Of a stretch of DNA of 64,000 nt, positions 38,501 through 56,904 are shown piece after piece (positions within the stretch are counted from its first letter, which is position 1; each line of letters opens with the position of its first letter). Source of the DNA: the human T2T-CHM13v2.0 reference genome, Homo sapiens; the NCBI RefSeq assembly GCF_009914755.1, contig NC_060930.1; one strand, 5' to 3'. The position numbers were made by a program, and so were the translations under genes. The notes under the pieces are model-generated. The model had not been told where the DNA came from. It was given only the letters and a program-made list of their open reading frames with translations, and searched no databases.

Positions 38501-38668
38501 CTACAGGTGTATGGCTGTGACATCTGTAGGAGTGCTGGTCTGGCTGGGCCCTTGGCTGCTGGAGCCCCGGGGGGCTTTGGGCGCTGGGCTGGAGCTGGTC
38601 TGAGAGGCTTCCCTGAGGCTCTCCCTGAGTGCAGCTTCGATCTGCTCCTGACAGGCCCGCAGGCAGTC
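38501..38668 (-). CDS. CCND3: CCND3 exon 5 coding part (DCLRACQEQIEAALRESLREASQTSSSPAPKAPRGSSSQGPSQTSTPTDVTAIHL*)
   Basis: ttcccag|GACTGC; TAG stop at 38501-38503. Confidence 0.97.
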   Translation of the reverse strand, partial: DCLRACQEQIEAALRESLREASQTSSSPAPKAPRGSSSQGPSQTSTPTDVTAIHL

Positions 38669-39119
38669 CTGGGAACATGGGAGAAGAGTGAGGAGCAAAC
38701 ACTCCCCCCATAGCATCTGGCAGCAGGTGCAGGGGAAGGACAGCTCCCAACACATGGGGAAGTCTGGGGAGGTTAGGCCACAGCCCGGCCCCAGGAATCG
38801 CTCTTTAGTTCTCAGAAACTAGCAAGAGGATGTGGCAAGGGAGTGTGAGAGCAGCCCTGCATCTGACACCAAACCCCCCACCCCCACTCCAGCACACCAC
38901 TTGGCAAGAAAAGAACCCCTAGGGCCAGTGCCCTTCACCCCACCCAAGATACTTGCTCTTCCCCAGACCAAGGCAGGAGATAAAAAGCCACAAAGCCCCA
39001 AGGTTGTGAAACCAGGACTTGGGACCAGGTTGGGGTTGGAGGTTTCCCTCTACTGGAGGCTCAGGGCATAGCACTACTTTATGAATGGAGAGGCTGCTGC
39101 CCAGCTACCCAGCACTCAC

Positions 39120-39256
39120 CACTTCAGTGCCAGTGATCCCTGCCAGCAGCTCTGTGAGCTCATCCCCGGACATGGAGCAGGCACCCAGGCCTTGCACTGC
39201 AGCCCCAATGCTGCCCGTGGCGATCATGGATGGCGGGTACATGGCAAAGGTATAAT
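39120..39256 (-). CDS. CCND3: CCND3 exon 4 ([24 protein letters not shown]...GITGTEV)
   Basis: ctccaag|ATTAT (AAG acceptor) ... GTG|gtgagt; 137 nt. Confidence 0.96.
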
Positions 39257-39795
39257 CTTGGAGAGGAGGAAAGGGAACCATGAGAGAAGGAAACCTGAAG
39301 GATAACGGCCAGCATGGACTTCCGACTCCTTGGAAAGTGCCAGGCAGCATGAGTAGAGCAGAGGACATGCTGGAAAACTCCAGCAGTGGGTGGGGCAAGA
39401 TATCAGCAAGGGAGGAAGACAGGAAAGAGTATCTTTCCTAGAGATCAGAACCAACTGCCAGTTTCCATAGGTCCCGGGAATAGACAAGACACTCCCTAGT
39501 ATGGGAACACAACTAGGGCCAAGAGACTGGGGTTCTGTTCCCAACCTGTTCACTGTGAGACCTTGGGCAAGTCACTTCTCTCTATACCCTCAGTGTCCCC
39601 ACTACAAACTGGAGGGGTCTGAGATCCCATATAGCTGATTATAACCTGCTTTTCTGCATTGAGACTGGGGGCTCAGAGGGGGTATAATTTTCACAAAGGA
39701 ATTTTGACAGTATAAACCAGAATCTTCAGTTACCTCTCACCCTTATAAGTCTTCTGATTTTTCCAATTTGGCAAAAATGTGCATAGGGCTCTTAC

Positions 39796-39955
39796 CTGTA
39801 GCACAGAGGGCCAAAAAGGTCTGGGCATGCTTTTTGACCAAGGCCTGTCGGTCACGGGGCAGAGAGAGCCGGTGCAGAATGAAGGCCAGGAAATCATGTG
39901 CAATCACAGCAGCCAGGTCCCACTTGAGCTTCCCTAGGACCAGCACCTCCCAGTC
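39796..39955 (-). CDS. CCND3: CCND3 exon 3 (DWEVLVLGKLKWDLAAVIAHDF...LALCAT)
   Basis: ttttcag|GACTGG ... ACAG|gtaaga; 160 nt. Confidence 0.97.
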
Positions 39956-42930
39956 CTGAAAAAGCGGGGAAAGGGTGGGGTCAGTGGCTGGAGAAGTGAA
40001 GAGGAGGGAGCAAAGCAGAAGTCTCAAAGTCTCAGGCAGGGAAGCCCATCAAACTTTTAAAGCCCAAGACCCCAGTTCTGTTTCTGATTTTAAGGCCGGG
40101 CACCATGGAGTTCAAGGCAGGGAAGAGGAGGAGGCATGTGCTTTGAGCACTTACTGATCATTTACTAGGTGCCAGGACAACATGCTTTACATGGATTATC
40201 CCTTTTAATCCTGTCTGGTTATGTTTAAGGGGCCAATAATCCAGGCCTTCTCCTGACTTCATTCAGGGCTCTGAGGATTTCTCCAGCCAGGGCTGAAAGA
40301 CGGAAGCAGCAGATACCACAGCATCACCATGAACTGGGCTCTCTTCTGGGATGAAGCAGAAAGACTCTCTCAACCCCAAGGATTTGTGAAAGGGGAGATC
40401 ACCACTAGCTTCCCCTGCAACTCTGCATCCCAGCCAAGTCCACACTTCTTGAATCAACAGAAGGGAGTATGACTCCTCCAATGACAGCCACAGAGCCTTT
40501 TCTCAGGTTCCTCAAAGGGGAGATTGCCCAACCCAAGCCACATCCCCTTGGTAGGATATCAGGGATGGGTCCTGAGGTATAGCACCCCACCCCACCCCCT
40601 TTAGCTGGAACCCGTAGTGCCCCATGCCACTTGACTTTCAGGAGGATAGGTAGAGGCCAAGCCAGACAGGATGGCTCCAAATGATTCCAGAGGGATCAAG
40701 CCCTATCCTCACCTACCCAAGCCTACCTGCCAGTACTAGGTCTCGGGAGAAGGCTGGGAGCTCCACCCCAGTCCACTCGTCATGGGTTCCCAGACCTGGC
40801 CCCATTTCTGAGTTGCACACATGAGGATTTCTTCATTGTTTTATCTCAGGAAGGAACTTGTGGGTTTGACTCCTTATTGAGGCAGAAATGGCAACCCCAC
40901 CCAACCTCTTCCAGGCCCCAGCCACAGCTGTCTCTCTCTTGGCCCCAGCTTAGGTGTCAGCCTCTCAAATCAACCCCTACCCTCACAGAGCCCCAGAGAA
41001 AATAGCCTGGCCTGGAGCCAGAAGTGAGACAGATAAATTACAACGCTACCCCTAGTGCATGTCCCAGGAGCCAACTCCTAACTCAGCAGTAAACAGAAGG
41101 GACTCAGCTTCTAAGGAAGCATCTGGAAGGCAACTGGGAGTGGGACTCTCCCTATGGGGAGGCAAGGGGTTGTGTTTGAGGGAAAGTGGCCACCTTTCCC
41201 CATATCCAGGCAACCAGAGAATCCCAGTGTTAACTGGTGGAGAACACACCCCTGGGAGTGCTTAGCTTCAGTAGGTGGCAGCGGCCATCACATTCCTGAC
41301 TTTTAAGGCAACCTGGTCTAGCTAGAAGACCCAGGTTCTACACTCATCTGCTCAGTGCGATGCTGAGGCAGGACCTTGCCCTCCTTCCTTGGGCCTCAGC
41401 CTCCTCTGCTGCACACGGATTTGGACCAACTGGAGTTCTCAGAGGTCCCTTCCAACCTTGACCTTCTAGGAAGTCTTTTGGGCACTCCACCCCCAGCTCA
41501 GGCAGAGGGAAGAGTACTTTTTGCCTGTACTGAAAAACCCTCATACGTGGGCACACAAACCACCTCCATCTTTTCACAAAAAGGAAGTTCCCCTTCTACC
41601 TTCCAGCCCCAACCCCTCCAAAAACATCTTGCTCTCTGGCCCTGGAAACTAGCTCCACCTTCAGACTTGCCAAAAACTACCAGATTCATCACAAAGAGCT
41701 GTGGCGCCTCCTGGATTCCCAACTCTGGCCTCCTACTCCCATCTCTGAGCTACTTGGCAGGAAGAGGAATCCTGTTCCTCGACTCACAGCAGTCGGGGGC
41801 CCCAGTACCCTGGCTTCCCTGCCAGCCAATCACAGCAGCCTGCTTGCTGCCCTCCTCCCTGGGAGATGGGGCCCAGAGACTCCTCTCAGGGTCAGCAGAA
41901 GACTTGGCCCGCCACAGAGCAAGGTGGAGGAAGGTGCCAGCTCACCCACCCTCTCCCCCAGCCTCCCTAGGAGACAATCTGCATGTCCTAAATAACCTCT
42001 TCCAGATCCAGCAGCTCCCCCGCCTCCTCCCCAGGCTCCTTCTGAGGCGGGACAGAACCGGTGACTTTCCTGCCCGGCCTGAGCCCAGCCCAAGTTTCCA
42101 GCAAGAGGCCCAGGGAGCCACTTCCCAAACCACAGGAGTGACAGCAGCTCCCCACAGGGTTATGAAAGACCTTGGTCAGAGAGGGCGGGCCAGGGGAGGG
42201 GGCACCATTATCACATCGGAAGCAGATGCAGCTCACCTCCCTGTCTGTCCCTCAGCTTGGGCCTTGGGCTAAGGGGGGAAGAGGGAGCTGTTTCCACCAG
42301 GCCCAAAGCAGCTGCTCCAGTTCCTCAGAATGAGGACGAGGAAGGATTAGGAAGAAGCTGTTTCTTCCGGGATATAAGAGGAAGCAAAGAAGGTGGGATG
42401 AAATACATCAGCCCTTCCTTAAAGCAATCAGGGCCTGGCTTTAATTGGCTCTGGGAGGCTTTTCTATCACAAAGTCCACATGAGGATAAAGACTCAACCA
42501 AGGCAAAACCCCCTCCCCCACATGAAGCACATTCCACTCCCCTACTCCAGTGGGGGTGTGCAGGCATGCCCTTCTGCTGCCAATAAATAACTCATGGTGG
42601 CTGCGTAAACCCAGAGGCAAAGTACTAGTGAGTGTAGACATGCAATTTGACTTGTTGCTATCTGGGGGAAAGACCAGGAAGGAGTGGCATCCCCTGGAGG
42701 TCAGGAGGAGGGGGTTTAATGCCTGCCTGCAGCTCAAGCCTGGGCGGGAGTGATACTAACCATCACACCACAATGCCCCATCGTTTGTTCCACCCCAATT
42801 CCTTTCCCAAAGGTCCTGATCCCCTTGCTTCCTCTCCAGGGGGCAGAAAGCCTCTGATATCTCAAGCTTTCCTTTTCCTGGAAAGTGGGGAGACAATACG
42901 TGTCGGGGGTGGGGGGAGTTACACACGCAC

Positions 42931-43146
42931 CCGCAACTGGCGGGGAGAGACAGCGTGGTCGGTGTAGATGCACAGTTTTTCGATGGTCAGGGGCGTGGTC
43001 TCGCGCAGCTTGGAGGCCAGCAGCATGCAGACCGCACCCAGGAGCTGCAACTGCGCCTTTCGGGTGGGGACGCAAGACAGGTAGCGATCCAGGTAGTTCA
43101 TGGCCAGGGGGAAGACTTCCTCCTCACAGCGCTGCTCCTCACATAC
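42931..43146 (-). CDS. CCND3: CCND3 exon 2 ([23 protein letters not shown]...SPRQLR)
   Basis: cccag|GTATGT ... CGG|gtgcgt; 216 nt. Confidence 0.97.
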
Positions 43147-43249
43147 CTGGGGGAGGGCGCACAGTCACTGCTGGGTCTGGAGCGTGGGGAACACAGCAGC
43201 GGGGGGGTGGGAGCGCTGAAGTGAGGTGGGATAGGGAGCAAAAACGGCA

Positions 43250-44560
43250 GAGAGGGTAAGCTACTTAGAGAGACAAGGACCAATAAAGGAGGAGGATGCG
43301 CCCTCCCCAAGGTGACGCCCCCCACTTCCTCTGCGCGGCCTCCTCCCCTCTCCCCTTGACGGGGGAGTGGTAAAGCCAAGGAGCCCTTGCTCACGGAGGA
43401 TTCCAAACGGAGACTCCCCTCCCCCACAGCGAGGGGAAGTGGGACGCAAGGGTCACCCATGGTAGCCAGAGAGCTGGGACCTCACCCCCATCACCGCCAC
43501 CACTGCACACACCCGAGGGGAAGGGAGGAGGCTCCTGCCGCTGCCTCCTGCACTTTTCATTTCCCTGTCGGCCGGAACAGGGCGCGCGCCACCCCCATCG
43601 CCTTCCCCGCCAGAACCCCGCGAAAGACACAGGAACCGGCTCCCGGGCGGGGGCGGCCGAGCCCAGGGTTTTCCAGGCGCGCTCTCCGGAGAAGGCCGGG
43701 AGGCGGAGGGAAGCGGGAGACGCTGTGAGAAGCCGAAGGGGAGAGAGTGTCCTTGGTCCCGTTTGCTCGGCCCGAAGAGAGGCACAGTTAGGGTGCCAAG
43801 TGACTGGCAGTCACTGTCGGGAGGAGCCGATTAGGGCTCGGGAAAGCAAGGGAGGCAGCTGGCGTGGGTGCCCTAGTGAAAGGCCAGGCCCCGGGAGTCT
43901 TAGCCTCGGAGCATCCTGCAGATTGCTGTGGGGACCGGGATGTCCCGACAGGGCGGCCCCGGTGTGTCCAGACCCGGGAGCGGTGGGGGAGGGGGACGCG
44001 TCCGGGCGGTACCTCCAGCATCCAGTAAGCCAGCATCTTCCGCATGTGCGGCTTGATCTCCCGCTGCACGCACTGGAAGTAGGAGGCGCGGGGTACGTAG
44101 CGCTCCTCCAGGCGGAGCAGGCTCTGCAGGACACGCTGGTCCCCCAGCAGCCGCGGGTCCGGCCCGGCCCGGGGCGCGTGCCGGGTGCCTTCGCAACACA
44201 GCAGCTCCATACTCGGGCAGCGAACAGGCAGGGCGGGAGTGCGGGCTCGCGAGTCCCAAGGCAGGCGACGGGCCGGAGAGCGCGGGGCGCGGGTCTGGCG
44301 CTGGCGCTGGCACTGCGCGGCGGATCCCCAGCCCGCCCGCCGCCCGCGCGCGCGCCGCTTCCCTGACAGGCGCCCCGCCCCTCGCGACGATGTAGCAACC
44401 GTGGAATGCTCGGACGTCGCAACGCTCCGAGGGGCGGGGCTGCGGCGCCCCGGACGGAAAGGGTTGGCTGAGCGCTCTCCCCTCCCTCCCGCGGCCCCAT
44501 TGGGCCGCTGAGCGCAAGCCGGCCGGCTTCCGGGCACTCCAGGCCCTCTGGACCACCGGG
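43250..44560 (-). promoter_or_regulatory. CCND3 proximal promoter CpG island
   Basis: Very high GC and CpG content; GC box GGGGCGGGGC at 44431-44440; CCAAT (minus) at 44499-44503; ETS CCGGAAG (minus) near 44527; no obvious TATA box. Confidence 0.88.
44013..44210 (-). CDS. CCND3: CCND3 coding exon 1 ([38 protein letters not shown]...[11 protein letters not shown])
   Basis: AGTATGG strong Kozak context; donor GAG|gtaccg; lies within ORF 43788..44537. Confidence 0.97.
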
Positions 44561-44924
44561 TGCAGAGAACTTTCTAGGAGGTGGGCCTCCTACCCACCCA
44601 CGGGCCCTCCCATTTTGCTTCTCGGACTCTAGTCACCCAGGAAACAATTTTTCTCCAAAGGTCATTCATTCACTTATTCATTCGTCAAACCCTACTTCAC
44701 CGGCTGCTTGCTCTAAGGAATGCGATAAATAATGTCAGAGCTAGTTCTTAGTGAACGCTGCTCGAAAGCCTCACGATGTAATGACTCACTACATCTTCAC
44801 GAAAACTCGGAAACCGAGGCAACTGTCATTCAGTTGGTCCGTGGCAGAGCTAGGATTGGGAAGCTGGCCTTCTTGCTGCAGATTCTGTGTTCTACACCAT
44901 TGCTAGTTAAACTGTGATCCCAGA

Positions 44925-47278
<2,354 letters not shown>

Positions 47279-47599
47279 AAATTAGTTGCTGATTTATTAA
47301 TTGAGGGAGGGCCACATAGACTGACTAGTCCTGAAAGCTGGATGTGAACCTGTAGTATGGGGACGGGAGCTCCTGGTGAGCAGGACTTTAGGAGAGATAC
47401 TTCTGCCTCACCCCTGGATGGAATAGCCATGCCTAGAGCTAGATCATCCCTGACTTTCAGGGCCAAGGACTGGCCACTGGGGAGGCAGGTGAGCTCAATG
47501 CAGGACCAGCACAAGTTCACCAGTTACCTCCACCTCAAAGAAATAGAGGCTCCTCTTGTTTTTCTTGTTTTTGTTTTTGTTTTTCTAAAAGGAAAACTA

Positions 47600-47923
<324 letters not shown>

Positions 47924-49052
47924 TTAGCCAGGTGTGGTGGTGGATGCCTGTAATCCCAGCTACTCCAGAGGCTGAGCAGGAGAATCACTTGAACCCTGGA
48001 GCCAGAGGCTGCAGTGAGCCGAGATCGTGCCATTGCACTCTAGCCAGGGCAACAAGAGCGAAACTCTGTCTCCAAAAAAAAAAGTCCGCATCTGAGAAGT
48101 GAGAGGCTGAACAAGGTGATGGGTGAGGCCCATCACCCCACAGTCCACATGCCATGGCTTAGTTACCTTCAGACCCATTGAGATGCTGGGGAGAGCCAAG
48201 CGAGCCATGGGGCTGAGAACAGGGGTGCTAAACAGGGTTCTGGAGTCAGAGACTGCTTTCAGTTCAAACCTGGCTCCACAGCTTATGACTTTGAGAGAAT
48301 TACTGGAACCTCTCTGCTTCCTCTTTTATCCAGTGGGGATAATATAATAGCCCTATAATGATGTTCTGAAAATTAAACAAGCAGAAAATGTCTTACCTGT
48401 GCCTGGCACAAAGCAAGCATTCAGAGATAGTAGTTTCTGAAATGATTATTATTATTCCCTTTCTCAAGGAGTACCCTTTCTGTTATGAACATGCATCCAT
48501 AACCCCTCTAAGAAAAGCAAAAGTTTGAGCAGCAAGAGCCCTACTCCTAGAATTGCATCTCTAGCAAATCCTGAAGACCTGGCTTCTAACGGTAAACGCA
48601 TGGTCTAGCGTATGGAGAGGACCCTCCAGGGCCTGGAGCCACACCCCTCTGCCACTCCACTCCCTCACTGTGTGAATTTGGCTAAGTTAAACCACCTCTC
48701 TGTGCCTCAGTTTCCTTTTCTAAAAATGGTGATAACAGTAGTACCCCCCCACAGAGTGGTTGTGAGGAGGAAATGGGTTGATTTGTTTAAAATACATAGA
48801 AGAGTGGCTGGCACGTGGTGAACCCTTTTTTAAAAAGTTAGTTGTGATTGCGGGACTTAAAAGCACAAAGTTGGCCGGGCACGGTGGCTCACACCTGTAA
48901 TCCTAGCACGTTGGGAGGCAGGGGCAGGCAGATCACTTGAGGCCAGGAGTTTGAGACCGCCTGGCCAACACAGTAAAACCCCATCTCTACCAAAAAAAAA
49001 ATATAAAAATTAGCCGAACGCAGTGGCGCACGCCTGTAGTCCCAGCTACTCA

Positions 49053-49151
<99 letters not shown>

Positions 49152-49209
49152 TCAAAAAAAAAAAAAAAAAAAAAAAAAAAAAGCAGTAAACCAAACTACA
49201 TATAATTTA

Positions 49210-49952
<743 letters not shown>

Positions 49953-50786
49953 TTAAACTCAATTTCTCCAAAACTGATATCCTAATCTTTCCCCAAAAAA
50001 CCCGCTCTTCCTACAGGCTTATCTCAGAAAATGGCAACTCCATCCTTCCAATGGCTCAGGCCAAACACTTGGTGTCATTCCTGACTCCTCTTTCTCAAAT
50101 CCCACACAATCCCCACACTCTGATCAGCAGATCACAGAGGAGCTATTAATAATTTCAAAATATTTCCAAAATCTACTCTTTTTTTCCTCCTCTGTTACTT
50201 CCTCTGTCCAAACTCAGTTCTTCCTTGACCTTACTGGTCCCCCACATCCAACCTGCGACCCACTTCTGGTTGATTCTACGTCAAAAATACATCTCCAATC
50301 CCCTTCTTTTCTCGATTTCCACTTCTACCCCCCGGTCCGAGTTGCATCATCTCTTACCTGGATTACAGTGGTAGCCTCCTGCCGGGTCTCCCTGACCCAC
50401 CCTTGGCCCTCCAGTCTAGTCTCAACCCATCACTCTCAGAGGCTCCCCATTTCATTTGGAGTGACTGCCAAAGACCCTGCAGCATCTATACTCCCACCCC
50501 ATTTCCCACTACTCTCCCTCACTGTGCTCTGGCCACACGGTTCATGGAACACACCGGGCAGACATGTTCTCTTTGCACGTGCTGTTCCATCTGCCTGGAA
50601 TGTTCTGCCTCCGGATATCCACATGGCCCACTCCCTCACTTCCTTCAGGAAGTCCAAAAGTTGCATTCCTCTTACAGCCTTTCCTGGCCATCCTACCTAA
50701 ATTTTTAATGCCAGCTCCCCAGCCCTGACACTTCTTATGCTCTTTCCCTGCTTTATTTTTCTGCTTACCACTGATCACTAGTATAG

Positions 50787-51077
<291 letters not shown>

Positions 51078-51193
51078 TAATGAATAAAACAAACTGGATA
51101 TAAGAAAAACACCAGGCTGGGCGCGGTGGCTCACGCCTGTAATCCCAGCACTTTGGGAGGCCGAGGCAGGCAGATCACTAGGTCAGGAGTTCA

Positions 51194-51469
<276 letters not shown>

Positions 51470-51861
51470 TCACATGGGGTTAAGGGAGCTGTTGGGGCCA
51501 GACACAGTAGATAGCACATGTCCCATCCAAAGCTCAAAAAGTACTGCTTAGCTTCAGACTTTTGCTACACCATAGTAATGAGTGTGGCCATAGATTCCCT
51601 GTTTCCCCAAGATAATATTTCTTAGATCGGGCATGATGGCTCACGCCTGCAATCCCTGCACTTTGAGAGGCTAAGTTGGGAGGATCACTGAGGCCAGGGG
51701 TTCAAGACCAGCCTAGGCAGCACAGCAAGACCCCATTACTACAAAAGAAAAGAAAAAGGCTGGGTGTGGTGGCTCATGCCTGTAATCGCAGCACTTTGGG
51801 AGGCTGAGGTGAGTGGATCACTTGAGGCCAGTCGTTCAAGACCAGCGAGGCCAGGCGTTCA

Positions 51862-52095
<234 letters not shown>

Positions 52096-53152
52096 TCACA
52101 CCTGTAATCCCAGCACTTTGGGAGGCGGCGACAGAGCGAGACTCCGTCTCAAAACAAAAAAAAAAGAAATTTCCTAAAATATCTATATTACTTGAGTTGA
52201 AAAACAGTAACAAAACCGTGCAAGCCACACATAATATGCCTATATACCAGGTCTGAGGGACAAAAAGCAGTTTGCAATTTCTAGCTTATAAGCTGCTTGG
52301 GAAAAGAAACCTCAGGTACTAGCCTGAAACTGTCAAGTCTCTCCTCATAAAATAAGAATACAACCTACAGGGCCGGGTGTGGTGGCTCAAGCCTGTAATC
52401 CCAGCACTTTGGGAGGCCGAGGCGGGCGGATCACAAGGTCAGGAGGTTGAGACCATCCTGGCTAACACGATGAAACCCTGTCTTTACTAAAAATATCAAA
52501 AAAAAAAAAAAATAGCCAGGTGTGGTGGCGGGTGCCTGTAGTCCCAGCTACTCGGGAGGCTGAGGTAGGAGAATGGCGTGAACCCGGGAAGCTTGCAGTG
52601 AGCCAAGATCACGCCACTGCACTCCAGCCTGGACAACAGAGCAAGATTAAAAAAAAAAAAAAAAGAATACAACCTATATATTTAAGCATTTGCTTTTTCT
52701 TCCTTTTTCTGGCTGTCTGGGTTCTGAATAAATGAGGCTTTCCTGTTCTGTCATTCTGCTTGAGATTCCTGTTCCACAGGTAAGACTGAGGTGCACACAG
52801 GGCCTCAGGTGTGGAAGGGTAACCTGCTACAGCAATATACCTGCAAAAAGAGAGCTGTCTTCGGTTCTTGGCTGGCAAGCATTCCTCATTCTAGGCAGGA
52901 GATAGCACTGGCATTAGTTTGGCTTAGTCATTAAGTAAGTGAGCTCTGGATTTAGGTTGATGCCCAGCTCTGCTATTTGCCAGCTGTGTGATTGTGTGAT
53001 CCTGGGCAGTTTACTTAACTTTTCCGTCCCAGCCTTCTCATTTGCAAAAGGAGGATGGTAACAACTCCTATTTCATATGGTGAATGAGGGGATTAATAAG
53101 GGAAAAGTACTTTAGCTGTCCCAGGCTCATAGTAGGTGGTCAATAAAGATAG

Positions 53153-53471
<319 letters not shown>

Positions 53472-54098
53472 TAGCCAGGATGGTCTTGATCTCCTGACCT
53501 CGTGATCCGCCCGCCTCGGCCTCCCAAAGTGCTGGGATTACAGGCGTGAGCCACTGCGCTGGGCCGAGAAGCCACCCTTTTAAGCTTCCAGTCTAAAGTG
53601 CATGATATGATGATCCTCCATGATGCAGGGATCCTAAGATGTCATGAAGACAGAAGACTTTTACCTCGGCATTTGCAACACCCATCAGAAGTAGGCAGGG
53701 TGGTTTGTGTGACAGGAAGGGTGGGCTGTCCTGGGACTGGTGGAGATTGGTGGTTCTGATCACCTGAATTCCATGAAACAGCCATGGTGAAAGAAATGGG
53801 ATTGCAGGAGTTTAGAGATTAAGTGGGAGTAGGCCAGGCGCGGTGGCTCACGCCTGTAATCCCAGCACTTTGGGAGGCCAAGGTGGGTGGATCCGAAGTC
53901 AAGAGATCGAGACCAACCTGGCCAATATGGTGAAACCCCGTCTGTACTAAATATACAAAAAATTAGCCGGGCATGGTAGCAGGCGCCTGTAGTCCCAGCT
54001 ACTCAGCTACTCGGGAGGCTGAGGCAGGAGAATGGCGTGAACCCGGGAGGCAGAGCTTGCAGTGAGCTGAGATCATGTCACTGCACTCCAGCCTGAGC

Positions 54099-54099
<1 letters not shown>

Positions 54100-54132
<33 letters not shown>
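54100..54132 (+). repeat. (CA)n microsatellite replacing the 3' end of an Alu
   Basis: About 16 CA units followed by a poly(A) run. Confidence 0.9.
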
Positions 54133-54136
<4 letters not shown>

Positions 54137-54304
54137 AAAAAAAAGATTAAGTGGGAGTAAGAAGAGAGAAGCAGGAAGAAGAGGGCATCCAAAGAAAGTT
54201 TAGGTGGGGGGTCAGGAGTAGTATGTCCCCAGTGTGGCACAACACCCCTGATAGCACACCAGAGCAATAATAGTAATAATACTATTAGGTAGTAATAATA
54301 ATAG

Positions 54305-54442
<138 letters not shown>

Positions 54443-54445
54443 TAA

Positions 54446-54649
<204 letters not shown>

Positions 54650-55362
54650 TAGCCAGGCACTGAGAGCTGTACCACACCTGTACTGTGAGGTAGAGGTGCT
54701 ATTATTCTCCTTCCATTACAGATAGGAAAAAGAGAGATACAAAGGGATTAGGCAACACCCAGTGCCAGCCATACAGCTAGCAAAAGTCTGTCTCAATTTG
54801 GGCTTCCCAGAAGCAGACCTTGAGACAAGGATTCAAGTGAAATAATTTACCTGAGAGGCGATTCCATGAAGCAGCTAAAGCGGGTGGAGAAATGAGCAGG
54901 GAAGGGACAGAGGCCAGTGAAGACTGCGTTATTGTTAACCATGGTGGACAAATGGAGCTCAATCCTGCCTTGGAACTGGGAGACAATCAAAAGTGCGTGC
55001 TTGACAGCTATTGTACCTGAGGCGTGAGGGAGCAGGGAGACTTGTCTACCAATTCCCAACAGCCATTGTATGAGGGCTGCTTGGGGATGGAGGAGGAGTG
55101 GAATTAATTCCCCAGTACTTCCAGCCTTTTTGTGGGAGGGCGCGATGGACTCTGATAGTCAGAAGAAGCCCTCAAGCAAAGTGACAGTGTCAGCACTTGG
55201 AAGTGAGGCTGGTGCACTCTCGAATGGTAAGTGCCATGGACACCTGGGTGGAGACCAACTGCATGTGCTACAGTGGCAGAGCTGGGACTCCAACCAAGGC
55301 AATCAAATGCCAGAGCCCACGCTCTAAGCCCAAATAAATACACTGTGCTCATTTTAAAGTAG

Positions 55363-55392
55363 TGAGTGTGAGTGTGTGTGTGTGTGTGTGTG
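55363..55392 (+). repeat. (TG)n microsatellite, imperfect at its 5' end
   Basis: tgagtgtgagtgtgtgtgtgtgtgtgtgtg. Confidence 0.85.
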
Positions 55393-55452
55393 ACATGAAA
55401 CGTGGGATTTCATCAAGTTTCTTCTTAATGAATAATTGTTAATATAATATTA

Positions 55453-55977
<525 letters not shown>

Positions 55978-56508
55978 TTAGAGGGTGGCTCTAGGACTGG
56001 ATGAGATAATGCATGAGTTAAAAAGCACTAAGTAAACTGCAGTAGTAGGTAAATCCAAGGGGTAATTATTTCAGTGCCCAAGGAATCTCATGGAGAACCA
56101 GTAAGAATGGGGATTCCCATTTTGCCCTTCCTTGTGTGACCCAACAGACCACTCCCACCTTCACCACTCCAGCCTCTCTGTTGTGAACAGAACCCAGGTT
56201 TTGTTGAGCTATCCGGTGGTCTTGTGTTTCAGGGGAGGTCAGGGACTCCCTGGTCTTGGAGGTTGAATCCAAGTTACTCCAAACCAAATCACGGTAATTC
56301 CACAAGTGGTTTAGGAATGGGCACTTGCTGTAATTCTGACCAATCAAATGTGGAGGTGGGTCTGCTAAGGGACTTCCATCAGTGGGGCACGGGAGGAAAA
56401 CAGCTTCTTTCCTGCTTTGTGTGAGAATGGAGGAAGACATGGCACATTACTGAATACTTACTATGTGCCAGGCACTACTTTAAGAGTTTGAAAAAAAAAT
56501 AAATCTCA

Positions 56509-56904
<396 letters not shown>

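Larger units (their letters stand above)
37495..44400 (-). other. CCND3: CCND3 gene span (cyclin D3, proximal-promoter isoform); CDS = complement(join(38501..38668,39120..39256,39796..39955,42931..43146,44013..44210)), 292 aa; ends approximate
   Basis: 198+216+160+137+168 = 879 nt; N-terminal LxCxE (LLCCE), cyclin box MRKMLAYW, C-terminal TP phosphodegron. Confidence 0.97.

Noticed and set aside
41376-42272. 298-aa plus-strand ORF antisense within CCND3 intron 2
   Set aside because: It starts at TTG and its only internal Met is near the end. The composition is Pro/Ser/Leu-rich, typical of stop-poor GC-rich DNA, and I recognise no domain.
43725-44556. Several overlapping ORFs over 200 aa, and a stop-free in-frame extension upstream of the CCND3 ATG (CTG at 44229-44231)
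   Set aside because: CpG islands are depleted of stop codons, and the annotated ATG has an optimal Kozak context. There is no positive evidence for an N-terminal extension without Ribo-seq.
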